Of a stretch of DNA of 64,000 nt, positions 39,337 to 52,537 are shown piece after piece. The notes beneath the pieces were generated by a model that ran no database searches, was not told where the DNA came from, and saw only the letters and a list, made by a program, of their open reading frames with translations. The DNA comes from Podarcis filfolensis (lineage: Eukaryota). Position 1 is the stretch's first letter; each line of letters opens with the position of its first letter. The translations under genes and the position numbers were made by a program. The stretch lies in the NCBI GenBank assembly GCA_964270895.1, contig OZ185436.1. One strand, 5' to 3'.

Positions 39337-42300
39337 GTATAGTATAAGACTGTGGCGGAAGAGGTAAAAGGAAACCCTTTTTAGTCAATGACTTCCAGTA
39401 AGCATGAGTTGTGAGACTATGGACCCCTAGGCAATTCTCGCTGTCAGCCTATATAGGTAGAGCTGTTCAAATACTAAAATGAAAATTGAAGTTTCGGGTT
39501 TTATTTTTCATCAATTTTTCAAGGAATGAAAACTTCATCCTTACTCTATAGCCCACTGACCAGGATTGGTCAGTAAAACTGTTCAGCTATCACAAAACTA
39601 TTCTGTTGTGAATTTGCAAGCTAAAACTTATTTTGTGAAGTAAAAGAAAAATCAACTGTGTGGAGAAATTTACTGTGATGCGTCTAAAAGACTCAAATTT
39701 CATTATAAGTGGTCCTGTATCAATTTATGTGCAATGCGCAAAATTCTCCTACAGAATAATACCGCTGTTGTGACTACCATTTGTGAATTAGCAAGGCAAT
39801 TAGACCTCATTTGTACATACCACTGCACCACACCTACTCAGGGACATAGCGTTGGAGGGGGGCGCTGCCGGGGTGATGACCCTGGGCACATTTTTCTGGG
39901 GAGCACTGCGCATTTGGCTCTTCACGCCTCCTGCCAGCCCTGCACCACATGACGAGGCTGGGCTCAGATCTGAATGATTTGCCGGGTGAATCATTCAGAT
40001 CAGATTCCAGCCTTGCGAAGTGGCATAGGGCTAGCAGGGCAGCATGCGAAGGACTTAACAGTCATGCACCTTTCAATCCCAGCCTCGCCTTTGGCATTGT
40101 CTTCGGTCATTTGCTATGCATGCAGGGGCTAATGAGAGTTGAAGTTCAGCAATATCTGGAGACTCAAGTTTGCAAAAGGCTGCCCTAGATACTTAAATCC
40201 CTTGCTCTCCCTCGGTTCAGCTTGCAGTGTGTTGTGATTTTTCTAACAACTTGGCAAACACTGACTTTTTCATTCCTCTTCTCCACCGAGTCTCTATGGA
40301 AGTTGTTTCACTGTCACCATTTTAAACCAGTCTTTGGGAACAACCTTAGTGAGGCCTCTTTCTTACTGCCTGACAAGGCCACAGCGTTCCCATAATAGCT
40401 TGGGAAATCAGTGTTAATTTGTAAAGTCTCCCCAAATGAAAGGAACTCATCTGCTGTGGAGATGGACTTTGGCCTGACATTAAAGTTAATTGAAAATTTG
40501 TCTCTCTGGGAATAACTCCCACAGGAAAGGCAGGAGTGTGCGTGTGGCAAATTAATATGAAATGATAGAAACACTGCTGATGAGGAAAGGCTTCCCTGCG
40601 CATTTTATCATTAACCACTTTGTCTCTTTAGTATAGGGAATTAGATCTACCCACAGGACACCCATATTTTAGCCTTATTAATAAGCACATTGGAATGCTT
40701 TGGCACAGTCTTTTGGAAGATCCAGTTCCCTGAATGTGTTGCTGGATTTCTAAGAGATTTCAGCCCTCTTGCAGATCCAACAAAAAGCAGAGGTAAGGAA
40801 AGAGGACAGAAAAGAATCATCCTAAAATTTGTATTGTCTTCAAGGCTTCTTTAAAGTGAAAAGGAGGGTAATGGTGAGGTCTCTGTGTTTGTTTTTTAAA
40901 GAAGTTTGTTGTTCCAAACTTTAAAGCATCTATCTTTTGAAGGGCAGTGAAAGAAACCTGAGGAACTTGACTTGGCACATTTTCTCATTCCTTGGGGGGG
41001 GGGGAGGCACAAAGAGGCTGTTCATATTTTGTTGCTGCAAGCAACCCACACAGATTCTGACCCAGGGATCCAGGTAAACCTCACAGCCACTACTTCAAGC
41101 CTGCCTTTCAGGAATAATAATCCCATATAATCGGGGCACACAGCCTCCCATGACAAGTCATTTGTTCACAAGGGTGTAGGGGCTAAAAGCACATGAGATG
41201 CAAGTACCTGTAACGAGTCCCAGCACCATTTTTTAAAAGAAAAGGTTTGTGAGGAAGGCTTTTTTTTTTGTGAGGAAGCCTTGGGGCAGAGAAGCCAGTG
41301 GCTTGGGATACTGTGTGCTTAATTCTTTCCCTATCTGGCATTTCTCAGCTCATCAAGCTGCCATCCCCACAACAGCTTCCCTATGCAGAGATCAAAATTA
41401 CATATTTACCAATGTTTTGAACCTTTAGAAACTTAAAGGAAGGAAAAAGTTGCCTCCTCACATATCTTGAGCTTTTAAACACAAGCCTGAAGAAGGGAGC
41501 ACCTTGTAACATGTCATTCATTTACTCATTTTATGCTTGATATCAATTAATACTAATCCTGCAATCAATCCTAGTACTACTAATAATAATAACAAAACAA
41601 CAACAACCAGTAGTTTCTAAAGAAATCCTGCTGTTTGGCGTGTTTTCCCTCACAACAGCTTCCATCTGATTTGAAAACATAAGCCACAATCACCGTTAAG
41701 TTGAGGTGTGTACATTTGAGACCACCATTGCACATGCTCAGATGACAACTTAATGAATAGGAGTTTGGCAGGGAAACCAAACAGGTAACACACATCAGGT
41801 GAAGGCATCCCGGCCCCCTTTCTGGTGTGTACAGTGTGCAACTGCAACTTGAAACACAGCAGGCCAGTAGAAGGGGACAACCTCGCTGTGCTTTAGGCCA
41901 CTAAGAGTCTCAGGCCTCTGAATACAACAGGTCCCACTTGGCACCTGTGTGGGTCTCCTGACTGGTGTGACCAGAGCCATCTCTCCAGTGAAGACGCTGC
42001 TACTGGTGTGGGAAGCTCCCACAAACTGGCGAGCCGTGTTTGCATATGTGATTGTCGCACCCCCTGGCCCTAGTCTAAGACTGTGCTCTCCACTGTGCAA
42101 AAAGTTGCACATGCAAAAGGAGATACCACCATGGCTGTTCTAGCAGTGCTGCTCAGAGTGCCAGGAAAGCAGCTTGCCCTGCCAAGGTTTGTTTTTAAAT
42201 GAAGTGGCAGTTGCTCACTCATGGCCAAAAGTGAAAACAAGCTGCTCTTTGGCCAAGAAAGGTGCCGTTTTGTAACAACGCTCTCCTCCGCCTCTTCTCA

Positions 42301-42935
42301 GTCCTCAGTCTGCACTGATGCCTTTTGTTCTCATTCTACCCCCTCTTACTATCCTTCCCCCGCTGCCAGGGTCTCCTTGCTGTTCCATGTGTTTCCTATG
42401 CCAGTTCCTCTCCCTGCTGGGGTGTGATGTAGCTGAGCAACAAAAGCTTTCCTCCCTAAGCCTGGTGTAATTGCTTGTCTGTGCCTCAGCCACTGTGTTG
42501 AAAGAGCTGTGCAGGCTGGCAGGAAAGCACCAGCCATGTCTGTAAATGCCTCTGAAGGCTGCTTGTGTTTCACCTGCCAAGCACCACCACAGCTGAGGTG
42601 TTTATGGTAAGGCTTGCCCTGTAGTTGATTCTTCCGAGGCTGGGAACTAATCTGCCACCTCCAGCCTGCATGGCTAAATGGACAGGCGTTGTAGTCCAGC
42701 GACATCAGGAGGGCTGCATGGACCTCACCCCCGCTCTAGGCAATCACTAAATACTGAGCTGGCCTTTCCCTCAGCCCTTCCACCGAAAGGTAGAAACAGA
42801 ACCAAAGATTTCTAAATCTTCCTCATTCTGGAGGAGTATCTTTTCCCAGCCGTTTTTATAATCTCTCCATCTAGTAAGTCTTTCTTTAAATTCCCCCCCC
42901 CCCTTCTGCCAGACTATCCAGGGCCGTCTGTAAGT

Positions 42936-42960
42936 TAAAATAAATAAATAAATAAATAAA
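42936..42960. repeat. (TAAA)n microsatellite
   Basis: Directly visible. Confidence 0.85.
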
Positions 42961-43231
42961 TCTGTATGCAAGCAATTCAGTTTTCTAGTTTTGGTAGTTC
43001 TGAGAAGGGCAGAAGCAAAGAAGCCCTGTCCTCAACTTCTGATCTTCTTGGCCGCCTGCTGAGATTTTCAAAGGCATTGCCCCAAAGATTTTCAAATACA
43101 TCTTCACAGCAATAAGGACTAGAAACTTGAGGTGCTTTTTAAAATGAAAGCAGGCATTTTTAGAAAGTCGAGTTCTACGTGCACTACCACTTTCTGCAGT
43201 TCACAGCACTATGACATCCACACAGCTCTAA

Positions 43232-43381
<150 letters not shown>

Positions 43382-43902
43382 TGAGTGTGCCCAGTGGGTG
43401 TCTTGACTTTAACAAGAGAGCGAAGTATATTCCTGAGCTGGCCCAGTATGGAGGAAGAGGGTTAGCAGGAAATCCTTCAAATGGCCTTAACTGTGAAAAA
43501 ACAGTTTTGAAATGTCAGGTTGCTCTGAAGGCAAGCAAATTAGTGTTTTTCTTTTATGGGTTTTCAAAGCACAGCTAGAAATGGACTTCAAGAACTTGTG
43601 TTTTCCGTTTCTTCTGTTCCTACCGAGCCACTCTGTCATTATTATCTCCCATCAAAATTAAAATGGATGGATTCATTTTGCAGTCTGGCCAAGGATAAAT
43701 CGCAGCTATTACTGCTGAGTGAGCAAGCAAAGGCCCTGGATTCCTGGTTAAGAGAACAAAGAAGCATGGGTTTATTGACAAAGAGTAGAGGCTGCTGAGT
43801 TTGTTTTTCTCCTGTCTACAAGAAGGGCCTGTTTGAAAACAAACGTGCAAACAAAACCCCTTTCTGTCTTTATGAATCAACCAGTTAGCACGGTAATGTT
43901 AT

Positions 43903-44039
43903 GGGAAGGAGCACAGGTCAGTGCTGGAGCTTCTGCATTTTGTGCAGAAAGTTCCATGCTCAGTCCCTGGCCTTCCCAGGTAGAGTTGAGAGAGAAACCA
44001 ATAGGCTGACTCAGTATAAGGCAGATTCCCATGTTCCTA
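43903..44039 (+). mobile_element. Degenerate tRNA-derived SINE (Squam3-like)
   Basis: Shares head and gactcagtataaggcag...ttccta tail with 56252-56447. Confidence 0.55.
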
Positions 44040-45359
44040 AATGAAGCTTACTTTACGCTCATCTCAGCATAACTTCAAAATAGTTAGCACTAACTCATTA
44101 AAGCTTAACAAGATAATGAGGAACCCAAAGTTAACCTCCGTAATTTATAATAGTATTTCCATTGTGGGTAATGGGTTAAATGAGTGCTTTTCACCTATAT
44201 ATATAAAATTTGAAACCTCAGTTGAAGCCCATTTGTTTACTAAGGCAGGATGCCAGCACACTGGAACTGATGCATGTTCTGCTAACTTCAATAAGGCTGG
44301 ATATATTTTATTGATTTGTTTTGAATCTGCCCAAGGATGGCTCCATAAAGTCCCCTACGCAGTTGGCAGCGTGGCATAAAACAACAATTAATACAAACAA
44401 TATGAAGCAATATCGGATTAGATTACAGATATAGGCAACAAATCAAGAACGAATTAGTGGCAAGGAAGAGTCGACGGAGAACCTTCCCTAGTAGATTTAT
44501 GAAACATAAAAATCTCTGCCAGTTCATACAGTCAACAAAGTGACCCTCCCACCTTCCCTCCCAAAAGCCCACTGGAACAAAATGATTTTTTTGTCTTTTA
44601 ACTAACTTTCTAAAAATAAAAAATGAGCTGATGTGGCGAGTCTTCAGGAAAACAGTGTTCCATAATGAAGGCACTACTTACTGTTGTTTTCCGTCTAGCC
44701 TCTGACAAAGATGAAAGTTAAAGCAGAGACCTGTCAGATGATTTTGATGTATTGGTGGGTGGTCTCATATAGGAGCAGGGAGTGTTCTCTAATATGAAAC
44801 AGACCACAATCATTCATGGCTATTAACACCAGCCCTGCAGATTGTTCTTGGAAAGACATTGGGAGCCAGCACTGCTCTGAGTTTATTCACAATTACCTGG
44901 GCCTAGAAAAAGCCCACCTGCCAACACATCAAAATCAGAGCAAATGTCAATTCAGATTTTTCGTGGATTGCCATTTGCTCCGATTGAGCTTTAAAGAGTG
45001 AGTTTTTGCGGGGAAAGCTCTGGGGCAAATAAAGGGCACTCAAGACATGGAGCTTGTCCATCCTGCAGGAGGGTTTTACAGATGCTTCCTTTAACCTGCC
45101 ACCAAAATGACAATTTCTTCAATCCATTAGGAAAATATTGCAGCCCCTCACTCTTCAAAACCGAGAAAAACATGTCCTTTAAGGTCACAGGCCAAGAAGC
45201 AGAGAAACTATTGAAGTATGTCACTGAGCACAGTGGTATGCTTAAGAGCTAAGAGAAAGAAATTAAAATAGATTATGAGAAAGAAATTATGTATTTGTAT
45301 TGCATAGACAGGTTAACTTCATTGGTGTTAAATCCATAGGAATGAAGACATGTGACTAG

Positions 45360-45554
<195 letters not shown>

Positions 45555-46532
45555 TGACTCTCTTATCAGAATGGAAATATTTGCAATATTGGGTCACTTC
45601 ATCAGCCTTCTAGCCCAGTGACCAGCCTCTTAACTACAATCAGTTTGTTTTAAAATACAGTATGTTAAGAGATTTGAAGGCATATAGATGGAATCTTCTA
45701 TCCTGTTACCCACCAAGATTCTGCTTGTCAGAGTAGAAATTTCATCCTTTGAACATTTTGGTTCACAGCAATAGATAGGCCTAACATCCCTTAAATTTGT
45801 CTTATCTCTTTTTGAGCTTTCTGAAAAGATAAGGACAACTTGGCTGAACTAGCACATGCATTTAAGGGCAGGACAGTATATCAGAGATACAGCACGAGCT
45901 CAGATTTAACTGCTGACACCTCCTGTTAAAAAGCATATCTGTATCAAGGCTAAGAAAGACATCTGTCTGAGGCCCTGGAAAGTCATTCCCAGACTGAATA
46001 GACCATGCTGGGCTGGATGGACCAATAGTATGTGTCAGCTTTGTAAGCTCATAGGTATGCATTTGAAGGTTTACTTCTAAGTAGATTTGGTTAGGCTTGT
46101 GCTCTTAATCTCTCACTCATTTCCAAAGTTTCAAACCAAATCACAAATGGTTGAATGTAGAGTGGATGAGCAGGATTCACCTAATGAACCCTCTCTCAGC
46201 AGTGCCCCACCCCCAATGGCTGGGGTGGGGGTCAGGAGAACCCCCCAGAACAACACAGGAGCAGGGGGAATTGTTCCACCTGGCAAGCTACAGTACTTTT
46301 GCTGATAATGTTGAAATCCCAAACGATGTTTTTAGTTTTTAGAATGTGAACTGGCCAGTGAATGCAATTTAATGAATTTTTAAGAGAATAATCTCCCTAT
46401 GATTGGGACATAAACTTAAACAAGCCTAGAAATATTCTGCATATGCCTTCTTTTTCCTTGTTGCTACAATGATTTTATAAAGATTAGAGAAAGATGTCCA
46501 TCCTAGTTATGGGGAGACGCAGGCAGCATTGA

Positions 46533-46790
<258 letters not shown>

Positions 46791-49101
46791 TAAGTCATCC
46801 CCAGGCCTTGGTGATCCCTCTCAAAGCCACTCTTGTCATACTATTGAAAACTGAATATTCCGTTTCCACAGTGTAAACAGGAGTAGATAAGTGTAAATTA
46901 AAGGTGAGAGTATAAGCAAGGCAGTAGAAGGAAAGAACAGCAGCAAAGGCCAAATGTAACACATCTATGCGTGGCTTAACAATATTTGTAGCTAGGTCAA
47001 AACCTTCCTGAAAGAACTTTTATCTATGTCAGTGGTCCCCCACCTTGTTGGGCCTGGGGGCGCTTTTGGAAATCTAAGTAACTGTTGTGGGCACCACAAA
47101 ATAAAATAAATTTCCCAGAAGAAAAACTGACAGTGCTCAGACCTCCCCCCCTCCCCCCCCCCCGGTCTCTCAAAATCAAACACCTACACCACCACTCCCA
47201 ACAAATAAAACAGATGGGGGGAAAATGCAACACCTCCCCCCAACACAGGTACCTCCCCCTCAAACAATGAAAAGCCCCAAACCACAATTTTAAAACAAAA
47301 CTTAAAATTGGAGGGGGCTTTGACAGATGCCTGAGAGTGCTGTAGTGCCTGCAGGCACCACATTGGGAAACCCAGACGGGGATTATTCATTTGCCTTTAT
47401 GCAAGGATGCATTCATGGCATTAAATTACAAGAGATTTGAAGGCAATTCATGCATATTTAGTTTAACGTCCCACCAGTTACAGTCACACATTATTGTTTA
47501 ATGATTTGTTAAGATCCACGTGCATGCTGCCAGAATGGAGAAGACCCCCCAAATGTGGTAGGCTCAGAATGGTATTTTATTGGTGGCAATGACATGCCTG
47601 GAATAGAAGTGTCTAATGACTGGTTCTTGGAGTTAGAGCAAGTTTAACATTCTCTCTCTCGCTCTCTCTCTCAGACCCAGTTCACAGGTCACTTTTTCAC
47701 ATGGTAATTTCACCATGTCAAATTATTTGTGAACATGATGTTTGAATCTGGTCACATGACAGGAGATATTTATAATGCCAGAGCATGCCAAATTAATTGC
47801 AAAATACCAACCCAACCTGGTTTATATTGGTTTAGAAGTTTCAACTTTTAGTGATGTCATTCAGAATTGGGGCTCCCACGTTCTTCTCCCCATCCCCATT
47901 CATTTTCTTACTGTGATGTTATGACTGTCATAGGTGTTTTCTCAGTAAAGAAAGATGCATCCTCGTATTTCATGTTAACAAATGCACTGCCAGTTTAAAT
48001 CATCAAAAGAAATGAAAATAACTTTATTATCCATAAGGTAGAGTTGAAAGTGAAGAGGGAAAAACTGTGTTATTTTATCACTCTCTAAACTTCTTGATAA
48101 CAAGGTGTGAAGGTGCAGAAATGAAGTTAAGGGTATACACTGTTTGTTTTTTAATAGGCGGGAACATTCAAACACACAAGCCCCTACCTGCACTCTGGAA
48201 TGATACAGTCCAGCATCAGATACTTCACGTGTGTCTGATCATCTGTTTCTGATGTGAGTGCAAGAAGATTCCATATGGGCATCCCTGATAGCAGAGAAGA
48301 GTATCTTTTGTCCAGGTTTGATGAGACTCCACGGCTAGCCCTTAGTGGCCAGCGTGATAGGGGTTACTCACTCTGTTGAAAACTACTACTGAAGTTAGAG
48401 TCATTCATTCATTGCTTGTATGAATTGCCTCTCTGCTTAAATAAAAAAGTGTTCAAGGTGATGTACAAGAACACACCCCGCTGGGGATTAAACAAATTTG
48501 TTTGCAGTTAGGGATGGAGGAAAAATGTCGTGCAAACCTGTGTAATTCCCACTTGTGAAATTCAGGAAATGTGAACAAAATGTGAACAAAAATATGTCTG
48601 TTAGGGGCAAGTGTTCATAAAATACATATATATTAGTGAAAGCAACATGCTAAAATGCATTGCATTAGATAATTTACTTGCAAAAATGTGTATATTAGGA
48701 GAAATGTGCACTAAAATGCAAACAAATCTTAATGAGGACTTTTTAAAAAGAAAAATCACAGACTGATAGAAATGTGGTGAACTTAAATTAAGGTTGGGGG
48801 GGGACAGAGAAAAAGTGAAACTGACAGAATCATCTACCCTATTTGCGGTAGCTGCTTTTCCTGTTTGCCTCCACACTAACTGTTTTCTGAAGAATTGCCA
48901 TCCTTCCCTCATTTAGGTACCATAGAGAATCCAGATGACATTTTTGTCAGATGGTTGCATTCTGGTGTTTTCTGTGTCACCTTGCCATATCCCCCATCCC
49001 ATATCTAATTTTTGGCAATTTTTCCAGCTGAACGGGGGGGGGGGGGACGACGACCCACTAGCTTGTTCAGCATGGTTATGCAGAGAGCTATTGATTAAAC
49101 C

Positions 49102-49464
49102 GGGACGCGGGTGGCACTGTGGGTAAAACCTCAGTGCCTAGGACTTGCTGATCGTAAGGTTGGCGGTTCGAATCCCCGCGGCGGGGTGAGCTCCCGTCGT
49201 TCGGTCCCAGCTCCTGCCCACCTAGCAGTTCGAAAGCACCCCTAAGTGCAAGTAGATAAATAGGTACCGCTTTATAGCGGGAAGGTAAACGGCATTTCCA
49301 TGTGCGGCACTGGTGCTGGCTCACCAGTGCAGCTTTGTCACACTGGCCACGTGACCCGGAAGTGTCTTCAGGCGGCGCCGGCTCCCGGCCTCTTAAGTGA
49401 GATGAGCGCACAACCCTAGAGTCGGTCATGACTGGCCCGTATGGGCAGGGGTACCTTTACCTTT
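49102..49464 (+). mobile_element. Sauria SINE, full length, different subfamily
   Basis: gggacgcgggtggc head with box B-like ggttcgaatccc, (accttt)n tail, TSD attgattaaac (49090-49100, 49465-49475); central body differs from the other copies. Confidence 0.93.
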
Positions 49465-50874
49465 ATTGATTAAACTGGCTTTCACTTCTGCCCATGTGCA
49501 GCCACTGTTAGACTTTTAGGGATAAAAAATTATTTTTGACACTTCCTTATTGCACTGCTGCATGTACAGCAGTAGATGCATGAACAAATTTGGGGTAGGG
49601 AACCACAATGACATTGTGATGCTCCTTACAGTTTCAAGCCAGAGAGGGTTAGGGAGACTGCTCACTATTTTACAAGCCTCTCTGGGGCTCAGTGAAAGCA
49701 AGGGGATTCCCTCCCATCATTTTCTGGTTTCTCTCAGCTGTAGAGCTTGGAATTCTAATGAAAATGCCTTGCTGCACTTGCACTTCAGTATAACAAGGAA
49801 GGACCATTTTTTAAAAGCACCTAAAATGGTATGTCAGGCAATGCAAGCCTAATCCTTCCTCTGTCCCCTGCTTCTCAGAGATGCCTTGTGGCATGTGGGG
49901 ATTTAAGAAAAAAAGTTAACTGGTGCTCTAGAGTGAATGTACATTCATAAAGGGGTGGAGGAAGCCAGTATTTTAAAACAAAATTAATTCCCCTCCCCCA
50001 TTTTTTTCAATAGCTGCCATGCCCTGTTCCTCCTTCATCATGTGTATAGGCATTGCAGGATGCTAATGGGGAAGATCTGTGCTACACAGAACCGCTATTT
50101 TAATTCCCCGTCCAGCTCGCAGTGCAAGAGTTATGTCTCAGCAGCACCAAAGAGGCATACTGCTTCTTATGCTTGTCTGAGGCTAGGTGCATTGCTCCTG
50201 CCTGTTCTTTTCATTTGGGTTCCCTGAATGCTCTGTTCTCCCCTTGAGAGATGGTGGCACTTAGTAGTTTGGGGTGCAAGCGGCTACCGGATGGTGCAGC
50301 CCTCACCCAGCTCTTCTCTTATTCTCCTCCTGCTGCTGCTGCTCTCTTTTAAGGGCAAGGCTTTTCAAAAGTAGTCTAGTGGTGGTAGTTGCGGAAAGAA
50401 GGTGGGCCCCCTCAACATGAGTCACATCCACCCCACACATTGAAAGCACTCCTATACCACTTTAACAGGCATGTCTTCCCCCAAAGGATCCTGGGAACTG
50501 TAGTTAGTTAAGGGTGGTGGGCACTGTAGCTCTGTGAGGGGTCTCCTACCCAACTCTCAACACCCTTAATGAATGACAGTTCCCAAGATTCTCTGGGGCA
50601 AAGCCGTGACACCAAAGAACGCTTTCAGTGTACGGTGTGGGTGTGACCGAATGTTTTACATTCTCCTGGACATCTCTTGTCCTCTCGTGCTCTTCACTCC
50701 TTCACCCCTGCCCTGCCACAAAGCTTGAGAGATGGATGCCAGCTGGAGGACAAGACTTCACAAATAGAAAAGAGTAATGATTTGGGGTGGGGGTGGCTAG
50801 GGTTGGGGGGAGAACCAGATGGGAAGGTCACCATTTTGGTGGAGTAAAAAGCCGTTTCCTTTTGTGTTTTTCAG

Positions 50875-50878
50875 CTGA
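50875..50878 (+). CDS. CAMK2A: CAMK2A exon 19 coding tip: C TGA completing CAC (His) and stop
   Basis: tttccttttgtgtttttcag|ctga gives LPH*, the mammalian C-terminus. Adding 217 nt for exons 1-3 (human value, from memory) gives 1470 nt = 489 aa plus stop. Confidence 0.88.
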
Positions 50879-52519
50879 AGCATCAGCCCCTCAGGCCAGG
50901 TTTCTCACTGCCTCACTACAAAGGGAAGATCCCTGCTATCCTTTACCTAGGGAACTTGGCTGCTGCTGCTGCTGACTCTCCTCCTTGGTTCTTGCTGGAA
51001 TTCCTTTCACACACAGAGCTCCTCACCAAAATAAACCAAGAATTTAATAGACTTTTTCTCCTTCTGTTTCACACGCTCTGCGTTTTGCCACTTTGTGCCA
51101 TTGTAGTAGAACAGGGCAAGACACCCTATTGCATGAAAAAGCTTATCTTTGGTTAACAGGAGAAACCCAATGTGGGGGGTAGCCTTCGGCCACTACTGCC
51201 CACAGAGCTCATGGAACCACCCTGGTTCAGTACTTAAAATTAACTGTGTTCCTCACAAGGACATGGTTTATTTTGGTCTCTTTGCTGTTTTCCACTAAGT
51301 CTTAAGGGGCCTGAGAGAAAGGGGAGCATGTTCCAGTGCAGAATCAGAAGCCACCTCCTTGCAATGGCAGATTGATGCCCATCCACACAATGCAAAGTTC
51401 TTGCTCGATTATGATCTCAGCCAAAATCAAAAATACTTTTATACTGCCCTGCATTACCTAAATTCCAGATCGATAAGCATACATGCAACGCAAGATTCTT
51501 GCTTGATCATGACCTCAGTCATTTTATTTATTTTAAAATATTTCTATGCCACCATTCATTATCTAAAACCGGAGCAGTTCACACTGCGCCACGGTCACTC
51601 ATATCTATATCTTCTGTTCTGTGTGAAGTTAAAATCTTACAAGTATCAGCCTATATTCATTAAAGCCTAGTAAAATTCTGCTGGCATGAATATGGCTTTA
51701 TGGCGCATAAAATGCAAAATCCATTTCTCTTCCCAGAGAACGTACCTTTTTGTGTGCCTGGACCAATTGAGGTTCATGACAATTCCTTTCTCTTTTCAGA
51801 ATGTGCATGAAATGAAACTGTTAACACTATATTGGCATTATAATGTGTCTAAGAGCACATAAATAAATGAAATGATAGGTTAGAAATTCAGCATGGCAGC
51901 AGGGTATTTTTCACCTTATTTGTAATGCAGTGATATAGTTGAGGCAGTTTCTGCCACTATCCAGCACACCATAGGAACTTCCTTTATTCAGCTTAGTAAG
52001 GATCTCCTAGATGTTTCATTTTGTTTAGAATTCAGTTTTCTTTGAACTGGCCTTTTGCTCCTTTCTGGCAGGATTTTGAGTCATGCTTTTTCCCTCTGTC
52101 CCTTCAAGACTTATATTCACCATTAAGAGGAAGAGGGGAGGCTGAACCTTTTTAGTTCCACAATTTCCCACATACACACTTCAGGCAATTTGACAGCATT
52201 GAAGATGCGGGCACTATGGAAACAGAACTGCCCCTTCAATTTGACATAAAAATAGAGGCCAACACTTTCCAGCAAAGACAGAGAATGCAAGCTTTACTAA
52301 TGACACTTTGAGGCGTTTTGATTATGCTTTCAACAAACAAAATGAAACCTTTCGCTATCTCTTGTACTTTGAGCGCATGCCTTTTTATATGAAAAACAAA
52401 CAAACAAAACCCTTCCGTGTTATTTCGTAAATGGATTTTGAGTATTTGCTAAAATGGATCTTTATGTAATACCTAGAAATATCAATTGTTTGGGTTTGTG
52501 GCTGATTTTTAATGAAGTT

Positions 52520-52537
52520 GGGATGGGGTGGGTGGGG
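52520..52537 (+). promoter_or_regulatory. Canonical G-quadruplex motif GGGATGGGGTGGGTGGGG in 3' UTR
   Basis: Four runs of 3 or more G with 1-2 nt loops on the sense strand. Confidence 0.6.

Noticed and set aside
42771-42971. 66-aa minus ORF beside (TAAA)n, sharing ACCTTTCGGTGGA with about 6300-6312
   Set aside because: Probably a repeat remnant; family and orientation could not be assigned from sequence alone.
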